The notes under the pieces are model-generated. The model was not told where the DNA came from. It ran no database searches and saw only the letters and a list, made by a program, of their open reading frames with translations. 64,000 nucleotides of DNA from Octopus vulgaris (taxonomy: Eukaryota): assembly GCA_951406725.2 (NCBI GenBank), contig OX597823.1, positions 52,700,001 through 52,764,000 on the forward strand, given 5' to 3'. The translations under genes were made by a program, and so were the position numbers. This document shows positions 28,363 to 41,817 of this stretch, piece by piece; the stretch's first letter is position 1; each line of letters opens with the position of its first letter.

Positions 28363-28749
28363 ACATATTACATTTACAGATAAATTCCTCTATTTACATA
28401 ATATCGAGGTCTCTTTATTTTTTTGTTATCTTACTGTTTTTATCAATATATATATATATGTACAGGGTGTCCCAAAAGTCATGAAGGTGTTAATTCATTT
28501 ATGTTCTGTTTTAAATTTGCAACACATTAGCATCATATGCAATACATCACTTGAGAACCAATGTTGGTGTGTTTACATCCCTGTATCTTAGCACTTCAGC
28601 TAAAGAGTGCAATTGAATAAGTATTAGGCTTACAAACAATAAGTCCTGGGGTCAATTTCTTTGACTAAAAACCCTTTAGGGTGGTATTCCAGGATGGTCG
28701 CAGTCGAATGACTGAAATAAGTAAAAGAATGAAAGAAAATATTTGTCAT

Positions 28750-28935
28750 AATCATCATCATCATCATCATCATCGTTTAATGCCTGCTTTCCATACTGGT
28801 ATGGGTTGAATGGTTTCACTGAGGACTGGTGAGCCAGAGGCTGCACCAGGCTCAATCTGATCTGACAAAGATTCTACAGATGGATGCCCTTCCTAATGGC
28901 AACCACTCCGAGAGTGTACTGGGTGCTTTTACATG
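28750..28935 (-). mobile_element. RTE-type 3' tail
   Basis: (cat)n cgtttaatgcctgctttccatactgg..., the reverse complement of the tail at 58280-58452. Confidence 0.75.
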
Positions 28936-28939
28936 CTTG

Positions 28940-28974
<35 letters not shown>

Positions 28975-29471
28975 TGTGTCTGTGTTTGACCCCCCACCAT
29001 CACTTGACAACCGATGTCGGCATGTTTACTTAGCGGTTTGGCAAAATACACTGATTTCTCGGATTTTCCAAAATTGAGATAGAAAGACATAATGCCATGC
29101 TGCTACTGTCTTGCTTCTGATTGGGCTTTAAAAATTCTCTTGTTTTTATAGAGTAGTGAATTAGTATCTGTTTTGGATGCATTTTGATTGGCTGTGGATG
29201 ATCACATGATTAAGTTTAAAGATTTTTATAGGTCATATGATAGTATATTTGGCACCATAGGTTAAAGCTGTCACAGTTGAGTGAACGTGTCTAGTGACAA
29301 TCCCAAACAAATCTTTCAGCACAAAAAATATATTCACAAGATATTAATGCAAAGAATCTATAAAAATTTCTTAGTCTAATCATGTGATCATCCTCTACTA
29401 CACTTGATAGATAAAATTCAGAGAGCCTTGATTGTCTGAGATTAACATCAGACATGTACACTCAACCATGA

Positions 29472-29790
29472 TTTACAAAGTCAGAAAACAGCTCCCATGA
29501 CTTTCGGAAACATTTTTTCACGCTAAGAGTTGCTGAAGTATGGAACAAACTGCCGGCATCAGCTGTTAGTTGTTGGAGCACTGCATCCTTCAAAACTTCC
29601 ATGCTTCCTGAGATTTGCCAACACTACACCTGATTTTCTCCCCTCCATACACATGCAAGCATGTATCTGACTCATACACTGTTCACTATCCAGGCATTTG
29701 TACATTACAGCATATGCTTTATACGCACTTTTGACATGTTGTAGTGCACCTGAGCACTGTATACAATAATTTCATTATTATTATTATTAT
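29472..29790 (+). mobile_element. CR1-clade LINE 3' end
   Basis: HDFRKHFFTLRVAEVWNKLPASAVSC...SFK motif, then 3' UTR and (att)n tail; second copy at 52990-53180. Confidence 0.85.
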
Positions 29791-29941
29791 TTTAACTTAC
29801 AGCAGTTGATGAGAGATTAGAGATATAGAGGGACAGGGGTCATCCATAAATTTGTATCTCAAATGCATTCTCATCCAACCTATGCTAGCATAGAAAATGA
29901 ACATTTTAATGAATTTTCTTTTCATTATAGATGTACATTAT

Positions 29942-30143
29942 AAGGCAGCAGGCTTGCAGAACTGCTAAAACACTTAGTGGTGTATCATCCATCTTTATGT
30001 TCTGAGTTCAAATTCAGCCGAGGTCAACTTTTCATCCTTCTAGAGTCTATGAAATAAATAAGAACTAATCAAGCACTGGGGTCAATATAATCGACTTACC
30101 CGCTCCTTAATATTTCAAACCTTGTGCCTATAGTAGAAAGAAT
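29942..30143 (+). mobile_element. SINE family B
   Basis: Consensus match. Confidence 0.75.
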
Positions 30144-30269
30144 TATGGGTGTAATTCATATTGACTGAAATTTTGGGGTAGCATCTCCTGATTACGTGCA
30201 TATAAGGATTATCTCACATTCAGTTATCCACTTGTTGCAATGTTAAGTTCATATCACTATCTTTAATCT

Positions 30270-30680
30270 TCTACTTATTTCAGTCATTTGACTGTGGCCA
30301 TGCTACAGCACTGCCTTGAAGAATCTTTAATCAAAGGAAATGATCTCTGCACTTATATTTTGTCTTTTAAACCTGGTACTAATTCTATCAATTTTTTTTG
30401 TTGAACTGCTAAGTCAAACCATCAGTCAAGCAGTGGTGGAGGACAAACACACACACACACACACATGTACACACACACACACACACACACACATGCACAC
30501 ACACTGACACATACACGACAGGCTTCTTTCAGTTTCCAATTATCAAATCCATTCACAAGGTTTTGTTCAGCCTGAAGCTATAGTAGAAATCACTCACTTT
30601 AATAGCCACATGGTGGGACTGAACCGGGACCCATACAATTGGGAAGCAAGCTTCTTACCACACAGCCATGCTTGCACTTA
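30270..30680 (-). mobile_element. SINE family A
   Basis: Consensus match with internal (CA)n. Confidence 0.8.
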
Positions 30681-31244
30681 TGTTGAGTAAAATATACAAT
30701 TTGCATATCATCTACAATAGGTTTAACTATTGTATTATCTATGAATAGGTAATGTCTGGATCAATGCCATAACATATCTACATTTGAACGTGGTTGCACT
30801 CTCAACCATCACAAGGGCTCCAGGCAGTTTAGTGAATCTTTCTCAGATACAATATAGATTTCAAATTATAAATTTTGATTAGAGAAGATAAAATGGAAAA
30901 AAAATAAAAAGAAAGTAAAGTCAACTGAGAATGAAGTTTATAAGACTATTCCAAATGCGATTATATCAACCCCTACAATTTTGTCAAGAATAATGAGATC
31001 TAGTCTTGTAAAATAAGTCGCCATTGGAAAACGATTAAAGAAAACAGGAGCGGAGACATGAAAAATCTATATTACCACACTGTGTATGACTTAATTAAAC
31101 AACTATAGTACCATATTTATTTTGATTGTTTATTTTAGTACCAAAATATTTATGCAAGTGTGTGTGTGTGTGTGTGCGTGTATGTATGCATGTAGACTTG
31201 AGGATATAAATGTTTTAACATTTATATATATATATATAAATGTG

Positions 31245-31575
31245 AAGGCACGTGTCTCAGTGGTTAGAGTATCGGACTCACAATCATGAGATAATGAGTT
31301 TGATTCCCAGACCGGGTTCTGTGTTGCATTCTTCAGCAAGACATTTTATTTCCTGTTACTCCAGTTCACACGACTGTAGAAATAGGTAGGGATGTCACTG
31401 GTGCCAAGCTGTATTGGCCTTTGATTTTCCCTGGGATAATATTGGGGGCATGGAGAAGGGGCGCATTATGTAAGGGAGACTGCTGATCTTCCATAAACAA
31501 TCTTGCCTGGAATTGTGCCTTGGAGAGGAACTTTCTAGGTGCATCCTATGGTCATTCATGACTGAAGGGTCTCTT
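31245..31575 (+). mobile_element. SINE family C variant
   Basis: tRNA head ctcagtggttagag...gtttgattccc. Tail shared with 36670-36997 (minus) and 40950-41085. Confidence 0.75.
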
Positions 31576-32562
31576 AATATGCATATGCACATCCACACAC
31601 ACACACATTTAAACATACATATAGAAACAAATATATGTACATATTATTCATGTGTATATATATTTATTCATTTATTCTTTTATTTTATAATTATTCTAAG
31701 AGTATAATTTGAAATAGATTATGCTACTATTTCTAGCAGGCCTATCAGTTCGTGGATAAACAGGAAATGCACAGAAGCTTGGTAGATGTACTTCATGTGT
31801 TATTCAAAGAAGTAACCTTATCACACAAGGTGTCATGTCGTTTGTGACTGAGGATTACATTGAGGATTGAAATATACATGAAACACTTATTCACTTATGA
31901 TTTCATACTTGTGTAGTTTTCTTCACAGAACAACTGGAACATTGATTGGCAAAAACTGATGCAACATCCATCATATATTGTTGCTGGTTGGAATTCTCTT
32001 ATCTAATTTAATTCCCAGACATGTTTAGATGTGTCTGCTGATACAAGTAGCAGGGGCATATATTCTGGGTGTACTAGGCAAGAGCTAAACACCCACCAAA
32101 GACAGTGAATTTTTTTTTTTTTTTCTCAATAATAATTGTGTTCATATACTATCATGGTATAATCTGATCATAATTTGTTTTCAAAATCTAATAACACTCC
32201 AAGAAACAAAGATTAATCAGGTTGAAATCATATTATGTATAGAAATGACATTGTAGTTGATTTTCTAAGGTAGCAAGCACAACTTATGATGGCCACCACA
32301 GTGACCAGTGATTAGTATGTAGATATGTATTTTGACAGCAATTTTTCTTTTCATAACGACCATATTGTAACTGGGAGAAATGTGGAAGATGATACTTTTT
32401 CAGTTTAATAAATTTAGTAATCTTAGTTTAGACACGTGTACACACATATATACACAATAAAATATATACAGCAACTTTAAGGGTGGCATTTAAGCTCTAA
32501 ACACTTTGATATAACAACTTCCTAATGACTTTTTCAGTTGATGTAAAAACTATGTATAATGT

Positions 32563-32820
32563 ATGCAGAGTAGATGAAACATGAACAACTGAAGAAGGGG
32601 AATATTCCTTGTGTTGTATATCTTGAACTCTGTTTTTTCGTTGTTTGAAAAAAGTTTGTTTCCATGTTTTTGTTTTTATGCTTTCGTTTCTCATTGTGTT
32701 CAACGTTTTTATGATGTCGTGTACCCATATATGCATGTATATATACATATAGATGTAGGTATGTACATATATGTATGTATATATGCATATATTTATATAT
32801 TATTTATATTATTATTATAT
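32563..32820. mobile_element. family D fragment
   Basis: Aligns with 24530-24760 (gatgaaac...aca(c/a)(t/a)ga(a/t)gaaggg...gtacccatat). Confidence 0.6.
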
Positions 32821-33232
32821 ATATATATATCAGAAAAGAAGGGGTGTATTTCCACACAAGAAAAAATTAGGAGAATTGTAATTGTTTTTAAATAAATATA
32901 TTTACATACATATATTACAGAAAAAAGAACCACATGCTAGATGACAGAAACTGTAACAAAACCCCTTTTCTTTACTCTCTTCTATTCTTTTTTTTTTTCC
33001 TTTCCCTCTTAGCTCAGTATGACTGAACTTTTAGTGATCCCCATTTTTTATATTCTTCACCGATCAGTTTTCATATTATTTCTACTTCACAATTTAAATT
33101 TTGTTTAAATCCCATACCTTTATACTATTGATAAACAAAAAATTGTTGAAACTAGTTTGGTATGTATGTAAATAAATTTATTTAAAAACAATTACAACTT
33201 TTTCAAATTGAAATGCATTTTCAACAACAAAT

Positions 33233-33284
<52 letters not shown>

Positions 33285-33329
33285 TATATATATACATATA
33301 TATCATATATATATATATCATATATATAT

Positions 33330-33369
<40 letters not shown>

Positions 33370-33465
33370 ATTTATGTAAATAAGGATAAGATCGTTAATT
33401 TAAATATCGATCTCGTTAAGTGGCCAGCATGGGAATAAAAACCTTCAAAGGTAATAATTATTATT

Positions 33466-33729
33466 AAAATTATAATTTAGGGTATCTAAGAGATACCACC
33501 ACGCTGGAAATAGCAGCCAAAACTTGACTCTAAAACCACATTAAATGTTCATACAGCACCAGGAGAGAAGACAAAAAGGACGAAATAAACCAGTAATTTT
33601 TTGCTAGTTTATTTTGTCCTTTTTGTCTTCTCTCCTGGTGCTGTATGAACATTTAATGTAGTTTTAGAGGCAAGTTTTGGCTGCTATTTCCAGCGTGGAG
33701 GTATCTCTTAGATACTAAATTATAATTTT
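33466..33729. repeat. fold-back palindrome (about 130-bp arms, 4-nt loop)
   Basis: 33466-33596 is the reverse complement of 33601-33729 with few mismatches; embedded between (TA)n tracts. Confidence 0.92.
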
Positions 33730-34516
33730 GATATATATACATATATATATATAAATATATATATATAATTATCAGCACATACTGACATCTCCAAAATAAT
33801 AGACATCTGCTCATTATATTGTTTTATGTATGCAGAGACTATATGATGCTTCAAACTTGTAAAAGTATCGTGCACAAGATATGTCTATGAAATAATAGTA
33901 GATTAAGTATGTAAATGCATTATATCACATTATTTTGTTTCTAGAAATAGATATTATGAAAATGATGGTGTCTGTTTAGTCTTAAGATGTGTGTGTGTGC
34001 ATGTGTGCATGCATGTGTATTTGGAGTAAATATGTGTGTATGTACGTTTGTGTCTCCTTGTCTTGATATCATGGGATTGTCGTTTTGACAGATGTAGTGT
34101 CATTCATCTCCAATATTCTGCAAGAACATGCCTGGCCATGGGGAAACGCTACCTTGCTTGGAAACAGGTGAGAGTTGGTGACAGGAAGGGTTGTCCAGTT
34201 GTAGAAAATCCATCTCATTAAACTCTGTCCAATCTATGCAAGCATAGAAAGCTGGACATTAGAATAATGATGATGATGAAGATTTTCTCAAACTACTGTT
34301 TAACTCTTCACATGCTCTCTAAATTCCAATGAAGAACTTTTCTTTATTAAAAATCAGTTCCTTTATGAGAAGGTTTCAAATAATTAAAAAAAAAACTTAG
34401 CTTACATATATATGGTTTATAGCAGTTATTTATATATATTACGCTGATACAATCCTATATACATGTCTACATTTATCTTGCATTGTAGTGTTTTAAATGT
34501 AGTTCTGCAACCGAAA

Positions 34517-34835
34517 CTATCATTTTGATTAATCTAACCTCTTATTACAAATCATTATTTTGATAAATCTGCCCAAATAACACAACCTATCATTTTAATA
34601 GATCTGCCCCTACAATACAACCCATCATTGTGATGAATTTATCCAATCCAAATAACTTATCATGTTGATATATTATTTATAAAATATCCTATCAATTTGA
34701 TACATTGTTATAATATATCTCGTTATTTTGATATATCTACCCTTATGATAGAATCCATAATTTTCGTACATCTCTCTCTTGTGCCCTCATCCTTTCAATA
34801 GCTCTACTACTGTAATACATCCTATGGTTTTAATA
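34517..34835. repeat. diverged ~34-bp minisatellite
   Basis: Approximate unit cctatcattttgataaatctgcccctataatacaa, about 9 copies. Confidence 0.7.
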
Positions 34836-35799
34836 AATTTTCATCTTGAACTAAAGGCTCTCCAGGGAATAGAATTTCTTTATATGACCCGCCTGATCAC
34901 AACAGCAATCCAATGAATAAAAACTGATTATCTCCCTTCTCTGGATAACCCAGTAATGGAATATTCTACATCAAAGTATAATTTATTCAAACAACTTGTC
35001 TGCAAGTCACTGACAATGCATTCATATTTTCTCAGCTTCTAATGAGTTTTTATCATGAGATCCATTTGATTAGTTGAAAATTAGTCAAGTCTTTGCAGTC
35101 AGATGAAAGCAGTTAACAAGCTGAACTATTAATACCAGTTGTAATGTCTTATGTGTTGATTGATCTGCAAATCTTAGATATATCTTTGTAAACTAGGCAT
35201 GAGGAAATGATTCTAACATAACCTTTGACATTAGTAATTGACCAAGAATTTATAGAACCTCAAACCTGCTATTTTCTTAAGCTTACTAATATCTGTAATT
35301 TCAAAGATGATGAGGATGATGATGATGATAATGATGATGATGGCGATGATGACAACAACAACAATAATGATAATGAGGATCATGATTACTCATAATGCTG
35401 TTGACTTATGAACCTTTGTTGACAGGTGGATTTTTTTTTGTTTTGTTTTGTTTTGATTTTGTTGATGTTGATTTTGTTATTTATTTGGCATTTTGTTAGA
35501 AGTAGGATGAACCTGGTTTATCCTAGGAAAGGTTATTTTAAGTATTTTAAATATTTTTACTTTTTTTGCTTTACATTCTTTAAACTCTTTTGAAGTTTGT
35601 AAAACAAAACAAAAAACCATTCCAGCGTAGTTGTTTGATAAAATTTGTTAAAAAATTTCAAAGGGATGCATTTTGGGGATCTTTTCTGGCCCACTGCATT
35701 CTGAGTTCAAAATCTTACCGAGGCATTCATTATAGTAATGGAACTACTTCTAGATGGACGAATTAAAAAAGAATTGAATATATAAATATATATAGGCAA

Positions 35800-36385
35800 A
35801 GGTATGACTGAGTGGTAAGAAGCTTGTTTCCCAGCCACATAATTCCAGGTTCAGTCCCTCTGCATGGTATCTTGGGCAAGTGGATTTGTAGATGGAAACT
35901 GAAAGAAACCTGTCATATGTGTGTGTGTGTGTGTGTGTACCACCTCCACTTGAGAACTCATGTGTGTGTGTGTGATTACGTTCCTGTAATTTAGCTGTTA
36001 AGGCGGCGAGCTGGTAGAGACGTTAGCATGCCGGGCAAAATGCTAAGCAGTATTTTGTCTGCAGTTACATTCTGAGTTCATATTCTGCTAAGGTCGACTT
36101 TGCCTTTCATTCTTTCGGGGTCGATAAGTCAAGTACCAGTTACACACCGGGGTCAATGTAATTGTCTTAATCCCTTTGTCTGTCCTTGTTTGTTCCCTCT
36201 ATGTTTAGCCCCTTGTGGGCAATAAAGAAATATGTAACTTAGCAGTTTGACAAAATAACTGATAGAATAAGTACCAGGCTTTTAAAAAAGATATAAGCAT
36301 CGGGATCAATTCATTTGACTAAAAATTCTTCAAGGTGGTGCCCCAGCATGGCTGTCATCTAATGATTGAAATATATAAAAGATAA
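35800..36385 (+). mobile_element. SINE family A interrupted by a family B SINE (36000-36232)
   Basis: TSD tgtaa(t/c)ttagc(t/a)gtt at 35985-35999 and 36233-36247. Confidence 0.85.
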
Positions 36386-36669
36386 ATGATGAAAGATAAG
36401 AAGTAGATAGTACACAAGAGTTTACAACCTTATCAAGGACAATCAAAGATACTAAAGTACTAAATAGATAACTAGGATAAAGATGCACTTTTCTTGATTT
36501 CTAAAAATATTCAGAAATGCTCAAAATTTTCTTTCCAAAACATAAAGGAGTTCCTGGAAAAGTTTAATCACTTCAGTTGTTGTGAAGAGTCAACAATGTG
36601 ATATTGGGGAAGTTTGTCCTTTGTTCAAAAATAGGAATGGGAAGAAGCAGTAAAAGGAGTGAAGACTTT

Positions 36670-36997
36670 CACTGGTCATGAATGACCATGGGATTGCACC
36701 TAGATAGTTACCCTCCAAAGTACAAGTCTGGGCAAGGTTGTTTATGGAAGACCAGCAGTTGCTCATACATACCAGCCTCCCTTTTCTATGTCACCGATGT
36801 TAACCAAGGGAAAGGCAAAGGCCGATACAGCTTGGCACCAGTGACATCGCAACTCATTTCTACAGTTGAGTGAACTGGAGCAACATGAAATGAAGCGTCT
36901 TGCTCAAGAGCACAACACACAGCCCAGTTGGGGAATCGAACTCACAACCTCACGATTGTAAGCTCAATGCTCTAATCACTGAGCCATGCATCTTCAC
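36670..36997 (-). mobile_element. SINE family C variant
   Basis: Reverse complement of 31245-31575. Confidence 0.8.
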
Positions 36998-37400
36998 AGG
37001 GAGGAAACAGTAATCTTGTCATTTGAGCTGTGCACATTTTGCTGCTGTACAACTCCTAATAGCAAAACTACTTTCAATCTTTTCCACTCTCAAACAAAAG
37101 ATTATTGCAAAAAACACACAAAAAACATTAGTCTCCTCAACATTCAACAGAACAAAACAACATATGGAAAATCCTTAAACAGGAACAATAATGGTTTTAT
37201 TCAATGTGGTGTGTGCTGCAACTTTACAGATAATAGTTTCTCAACGTTGGTTGTGTATGCAACATAGTATATAAGAATACCTTGAAATAAAAACAATACA
37301 TCTTATAACCAGGGGACAGTTGTAAGAACAACCTACATATGCTCAATGCTTCTCATCCAGATCTCAAATGCAAAAAAGGGAAGATTAACTTTCGTGTTTT

Positions 37401-37476
37401 CCTTTTATAATACATGGATCAGAAGTCCCTCACTTCCATGTCGTCTGGAAATTCATGGAATGTTCCAGAACATTCT
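37401..37476 (-). promoter_or_regulatory. candidate heat-shock element plus TATA box
   Basis: gGAAtgTTCcaGAAcaTTCt at 37457-37476, a further in-phase GAA at 37448, and minus-strand TATAAAAGG at 37409-37401. Confidence 0.5.
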
Positions 37477-37846
37477 ATGGAAGGTCACTCGAGCTACATT
37501 CCCTTTTTAATTTTTTTTTATTTTAATTAACTGAGAGGGTGCTACACATCCCTATAACTTAACAGTTTAGCAAAAGAGATGTTAGAATAAATATTAGAAT
37601 AAATATTAGAATAAATGCTAGAATAAATATTAGGCTAAAAAAGAAAATAAGTACTGGGAGCGATTCATTCAACTAAAAATTCTTCCAGGTATAGTCACAG
37701 TCTAATGACTGAAAGAAGTAAAAGATAAAAGACAAATAAAACATTCTGAAAAATGTTAGCTTTCGTCCTGTGAGTAACAATTTCATCTTATCTTGACTAT
37801 GAAATGACGTAAAGCTGAAATTAAAGATCAATTCTACAGGCAGAGT

Positions 37847-38295
37847 AAGGCAGTGTGGCTGGTAGAATCATTAGCAAGCTGGACAAAATGCTTAGTAGTA
37901 TTTTGTTTTGTCTTTATGTTCTGAGTTCAAATTTCACTGAGGACAACTTTGTGTTCCATCCTTTTGGTGTCGATAAAATAACTATAAGTTGTGCACCGGG
38001 GTCTATATAATTGACTTATCCACTACATTGAAATTGCTAGCCTTGTGCCAAAATTTGAAACCATTATGTTATTATTAGTAACCCTTTCGGGGTGATGAGT
38101 GAGCACAGAATCATTAGCATACCAAGCAGAACGGTTAGTGGCATTTCATCACATCCATCTTTAAGTTCTAAGATCAAATCTCACCATGGTCAACTTTGCC
38201 TTTCATCTTTTCAGGATCAATAAAATAAGTACCAGTTGAGCACTGGAGTCCGTGTAACTAACTTAACCACTGCCTCAAAATTGCTGGCCTTGAAA
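37847..38295 (+). mobile_element. two tandem SINE family B copies
   Basis: Consensus matches at 37847-38063 and 38095-38295. Confidence 0.75.
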
Positions 38296-38889
38296 CCAAC
38301 TCTATACTAGGATTGTGTACCAATAGTAAAATCTTCTAAATTTTACTCTTTTACTCTTTTATTTGCTTCAGTCATTTGACTGTGGCCATGCTGGAGCAGG
38401 GCAGAAAACAATCACTGAGAATTGACCCAATTTACTTCCACTTTATAATTTGTGAAATTTAAAGTGATAGTTTTTGATTCATTTATGGATTTTTTAATAA
38501 CACAACTGAACTTTGGGGTCTAAAGTTATCCTTAATATTATCCTCAAGTTGAGAACTATCAGGATTCATGTTGTTATAATTATTAATCAACTCAATATCA
38601 ATCATAAACAATTAGATCTACACTGTAAGACATTCAAGCCATAACCATCTTGTCTTATTTTCTAGAATGGTCAACTCCAGTGCATCTTTTTGATATCTAA
38701 GAGTGTAGGATGTACTTTAAGGGAAATTTGACTTCTGTTTCTTGCAGGATGAGTAACCTACATTCAGGCTTTTTTATTGGCTACTGAAGATATGTTATTG
38801 TAAACTAGAAAGGATATTGATGAACTATACCAAGCCTACAAATCAGTGGTCTTATGCTTCTATTATTTCTATAAATCATTTTATGTTAT

Positions 38890-39315
38890 TTTGCTTGCTA
38901 ACCACATAGTTCTGGGTTTAGTTCCACTGCATGACGCTTGGGGCAAATGTCTTCTACTATAGCCCAGGGCCAACCAAAGTCTTATGGTGGAAACTGATTG
39001 AAGCACATGTGTATGTATGTATGTGTGTGTGTGTTTATGTATTTATTTATTTATATATGTGTTGTGTGTACATATAAATATATAAGTTGTATGTGTGTGT
39101 GTGTCATATTTGTGTTTGCCCCCCACCACTACTTGATGGCCAGTATTTATTTCTACAAGTCCTTGTTACTTGGTGGCCCAGGAAAAGAGACCAATAAAAC
39201 AAGGACCAGATTTTAAAATAAGTACTGGAGTTGATTTGCTTGACTAAAACCCTTCATGGTGGAGCTCCAGCATGGCTGCAGCCTAATACCTGAAGTAAGC
39301 AGAAGATAAAAGACA
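38890..39315 (+). mobile_element. SINE family A, diverged
   Basis: Consensus match. Confidence 0.7.
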
Positions 39316-40169
39316 AAATATATTAGACAATTAAACAATACCAGTGGAAGGAATCTATAGAAGAATTAAATTTTTAAAAAAAGGCAGAAACAGAAATTGT
39401 AATGACTGATGCAAAGATGCCAAGATTTAAAAAGATGAAATAACAAAGCACTATAAGCATAGAGATGCTGTGTAGAGACTGATCAGTCGAAGCCAGGCCA
39501 GCATGAAAAGGTTGTGATAAAATGAGGATGATAATGATTTTAAAATGGATAAATATTATGATTAAATTAAGAGTATTTGAAAAGACATCTACCTAGGGAA
39601 ACATTTATTTTTGACAGGTGTCGAACCAGAAACAGTTGTATCGTAATATTTATAATGCAAATATAACACGTATATTGTTATTAAGACATTGGAATAGAGT
39701 GTCAGTGACCAGGTTATTGATGTATGAGAAAAGATTTTAGTACTTATTACTATAAACCAGTTTTTGAAAAAGAAAACAAAGCACATATTATTCTGTATAG
39801 GTGTGTATGTATGTTTTAAATCATTATCCTGTCACCACTACAGTATATTTATATACATTAAATATGGTCTTCACCTGAAATCTATGTATTTGTGCATTGC
39901 TTAATAAACAACTGTAATTGTTTTTCATGACTGGCTGTATTTTATATTGGTAAAACTGAGAAATGTTTAAAGCTAGCTGTATAAACAATAGCAAGAAAGA
40001 AAATTTATCATGTTTTCATATTTCACATTCTTTTCTTCTGTCATCATGAGTTTCAAAGTTAAAGTTTCGGCATACTAAAGAACTTTGTTTAATATTTCAC
40101 AAGAAAGAAACATTGTATAATATTTATGAGGAAAGAAACAACTTGCAAAATCATTTGAAGCTGTATTAT

Positions 40170-40385
40170 TGGTTTCTAATCTTGGCACAAGGCCAATAAT
40201 TTCAGGTGAGGTGATAAGTTGATTACATCGATTCCCAATGCTCATTTGGTGCTTATTTTATCGACCCCCAAAAGGATGAAAAGTGAAGTTGACTTTAGCA
40301 GAGTTTGAACTCAGAACAAAGAGACGGACGAAATGCCACTAAGAATTTTCCCTAGCATACTAATGTTTCTGTGAGCTCATCACCT
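40170..40385 (-). mobile_element. SINE family B
   Basis: Consensus match. Confidence 0.75.
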
Positions 40386-40416
40386 TTTTGAGGGTAGTAA
40401 TATTACTGAAGATATA

Positions 40417-40895
40417 CCGTAAATCCTCGAGTATAGTCCGCCCTTGAGTATAATACTCAGGGGATTTTTAGGGTGCTGTACCTCTGAAAAACCTAAACCT
40501 TGTGTATAATACACACCCCTTCTCTAACTTGAGTCAAGGAGGTCTATATAACGTCCTTGGTTTGTAAAGATATATAAGGTAACGTCATTTACTATTATTG
40601 TATATATAACATAATGCAAACATGTAGCTTTTTTGTGCCTTTTGTTTGCAGAAAATAAAGAAATAACAGTAATAAAGTTTCATAAATGTTGCTAACTGCA
40701 AGTTATGGATGATTTAAGGTATTTTCACACCCGACATAACAAAATGCGTCTGAATAAACATTGCCAGACAGCAAATAGAGACTCGGACATTGCTTAGGAA
40801 ATAATTTTCATTTTTAACCCCGTATATAGTATGCACTAGGGATTTTGACCTTAAAATTTTTGGAAAAAATGTGGATTATACTCGAGGATTTACGG
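40417..40895. mobile_element. pogo/Tigger-like MITE, same family as 14434-14946
   Basis: TIRs ccgtaaatcctcgagtata / tatactcgaggatttacgg, TA flanks; has a small internal deletion relative to the first copy. Confidence 0.9.
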
Positions 40896-41099
40896 TAAGT
40901 AATATTGAGATAAGATATAAGTAATATTGCTAAGCAAACACAATTGAGGGTGGCATGGAGAGGGAAGCTGGTATGCAAGGGTGACTGCTGGTCTTCCATA
41001 AACAACCTCGTCCAGATTTGTACCTCAGAGGGTAACTTTCTAGGTGCAACCTCATGGTCATTCATGACTGAAGGGGGTCTTTACCCTATTAATATTAAT

Positions 41100-41783
41100 G
41101 TGGCAAGTTGGCAGAATTGTTAGCATACTGTACAAAATGCTTAACAGCATATCATTACATTCTGAGTTCAAAATTTGCCATGGTTGACTTAGCTATTCAT
41201 CCTTTTGGGATCACTACAGCAAGTACCAGTCCCCACCCCAACTAGGATGAATATAAATGACTAGACCCCTCCACCAAAATTTCAGAGTTTGTGCCTGTTG
41301 TACAAAGGAAAGGCAGTAAGCTGGCAAAATCATTAACATGCCAGACAAAATGCTTAACAGTTTTTCTCTGACTTTCCATTCTGAGTTCAAATTCCACTTA
41401 GGTCAACTTTGCCTTTCATCCTTTTGGGGTCAATAGTAGAAGTACTAGTTGAGTGCTGGGGTTGATGTACTTGACTTTGTCCCCTCCTGCCAAATTTCAG
41501 GCCTTGTGCCTATAGCAGAAGGAATTATTATTATTATTATCATTGCCTTTGTGCCGCTTCTAATGCTGGAGATGTACTACAGTGTCAGCTGTTCACTACC
41601 AGGGAACTAAGGTAAAACCTCTTATTTTTAGAGTCAACCCCACTGTTTGACTGGTACTAGTTTTATTGACCCCAAAAGGCAAAGTTGGTCATGGTGGAAT
41701 TTGAACTTAGGATGTAAAGATGAACGAAATGCTGCTAAACATTTTGCCCAAGGTGCTAAAGATTCTACCAGCTCGCTGCCTTA
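41100..41783. mobile_element. SINE family B cluster (two plus copies, one minus copy)
   Basis: Consensus matches at 41100-41305, 41310-41530 and 41640-41783. Confidence 0.75.
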
Positions 41784-41786
41784 TAC

Positions 41787-41817
<31 letters not shown>

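Noticed and set aside
28461-28485. Lone Tc1-like TIR cagggtgtcccaaaagtc
   Set aside because: No partner TIR found, so the element extent cannot be defined.
32570-32612. GAAA...CTGAAGA plus hairpin as a permuted hammerhead in family D
   Set aside because: Stems I and III cannot be formed.
37582-37633. Four copies of a 12-bp unit ttagaataaata
   Set aside because: Local slippage inside a family A SINE tail.
38779-38836. CTGAAGA...GAAA with GGCT/AGCC flanks
   Set aside because: No UH cleavage site after stem III and a weak stem II; likely chance.
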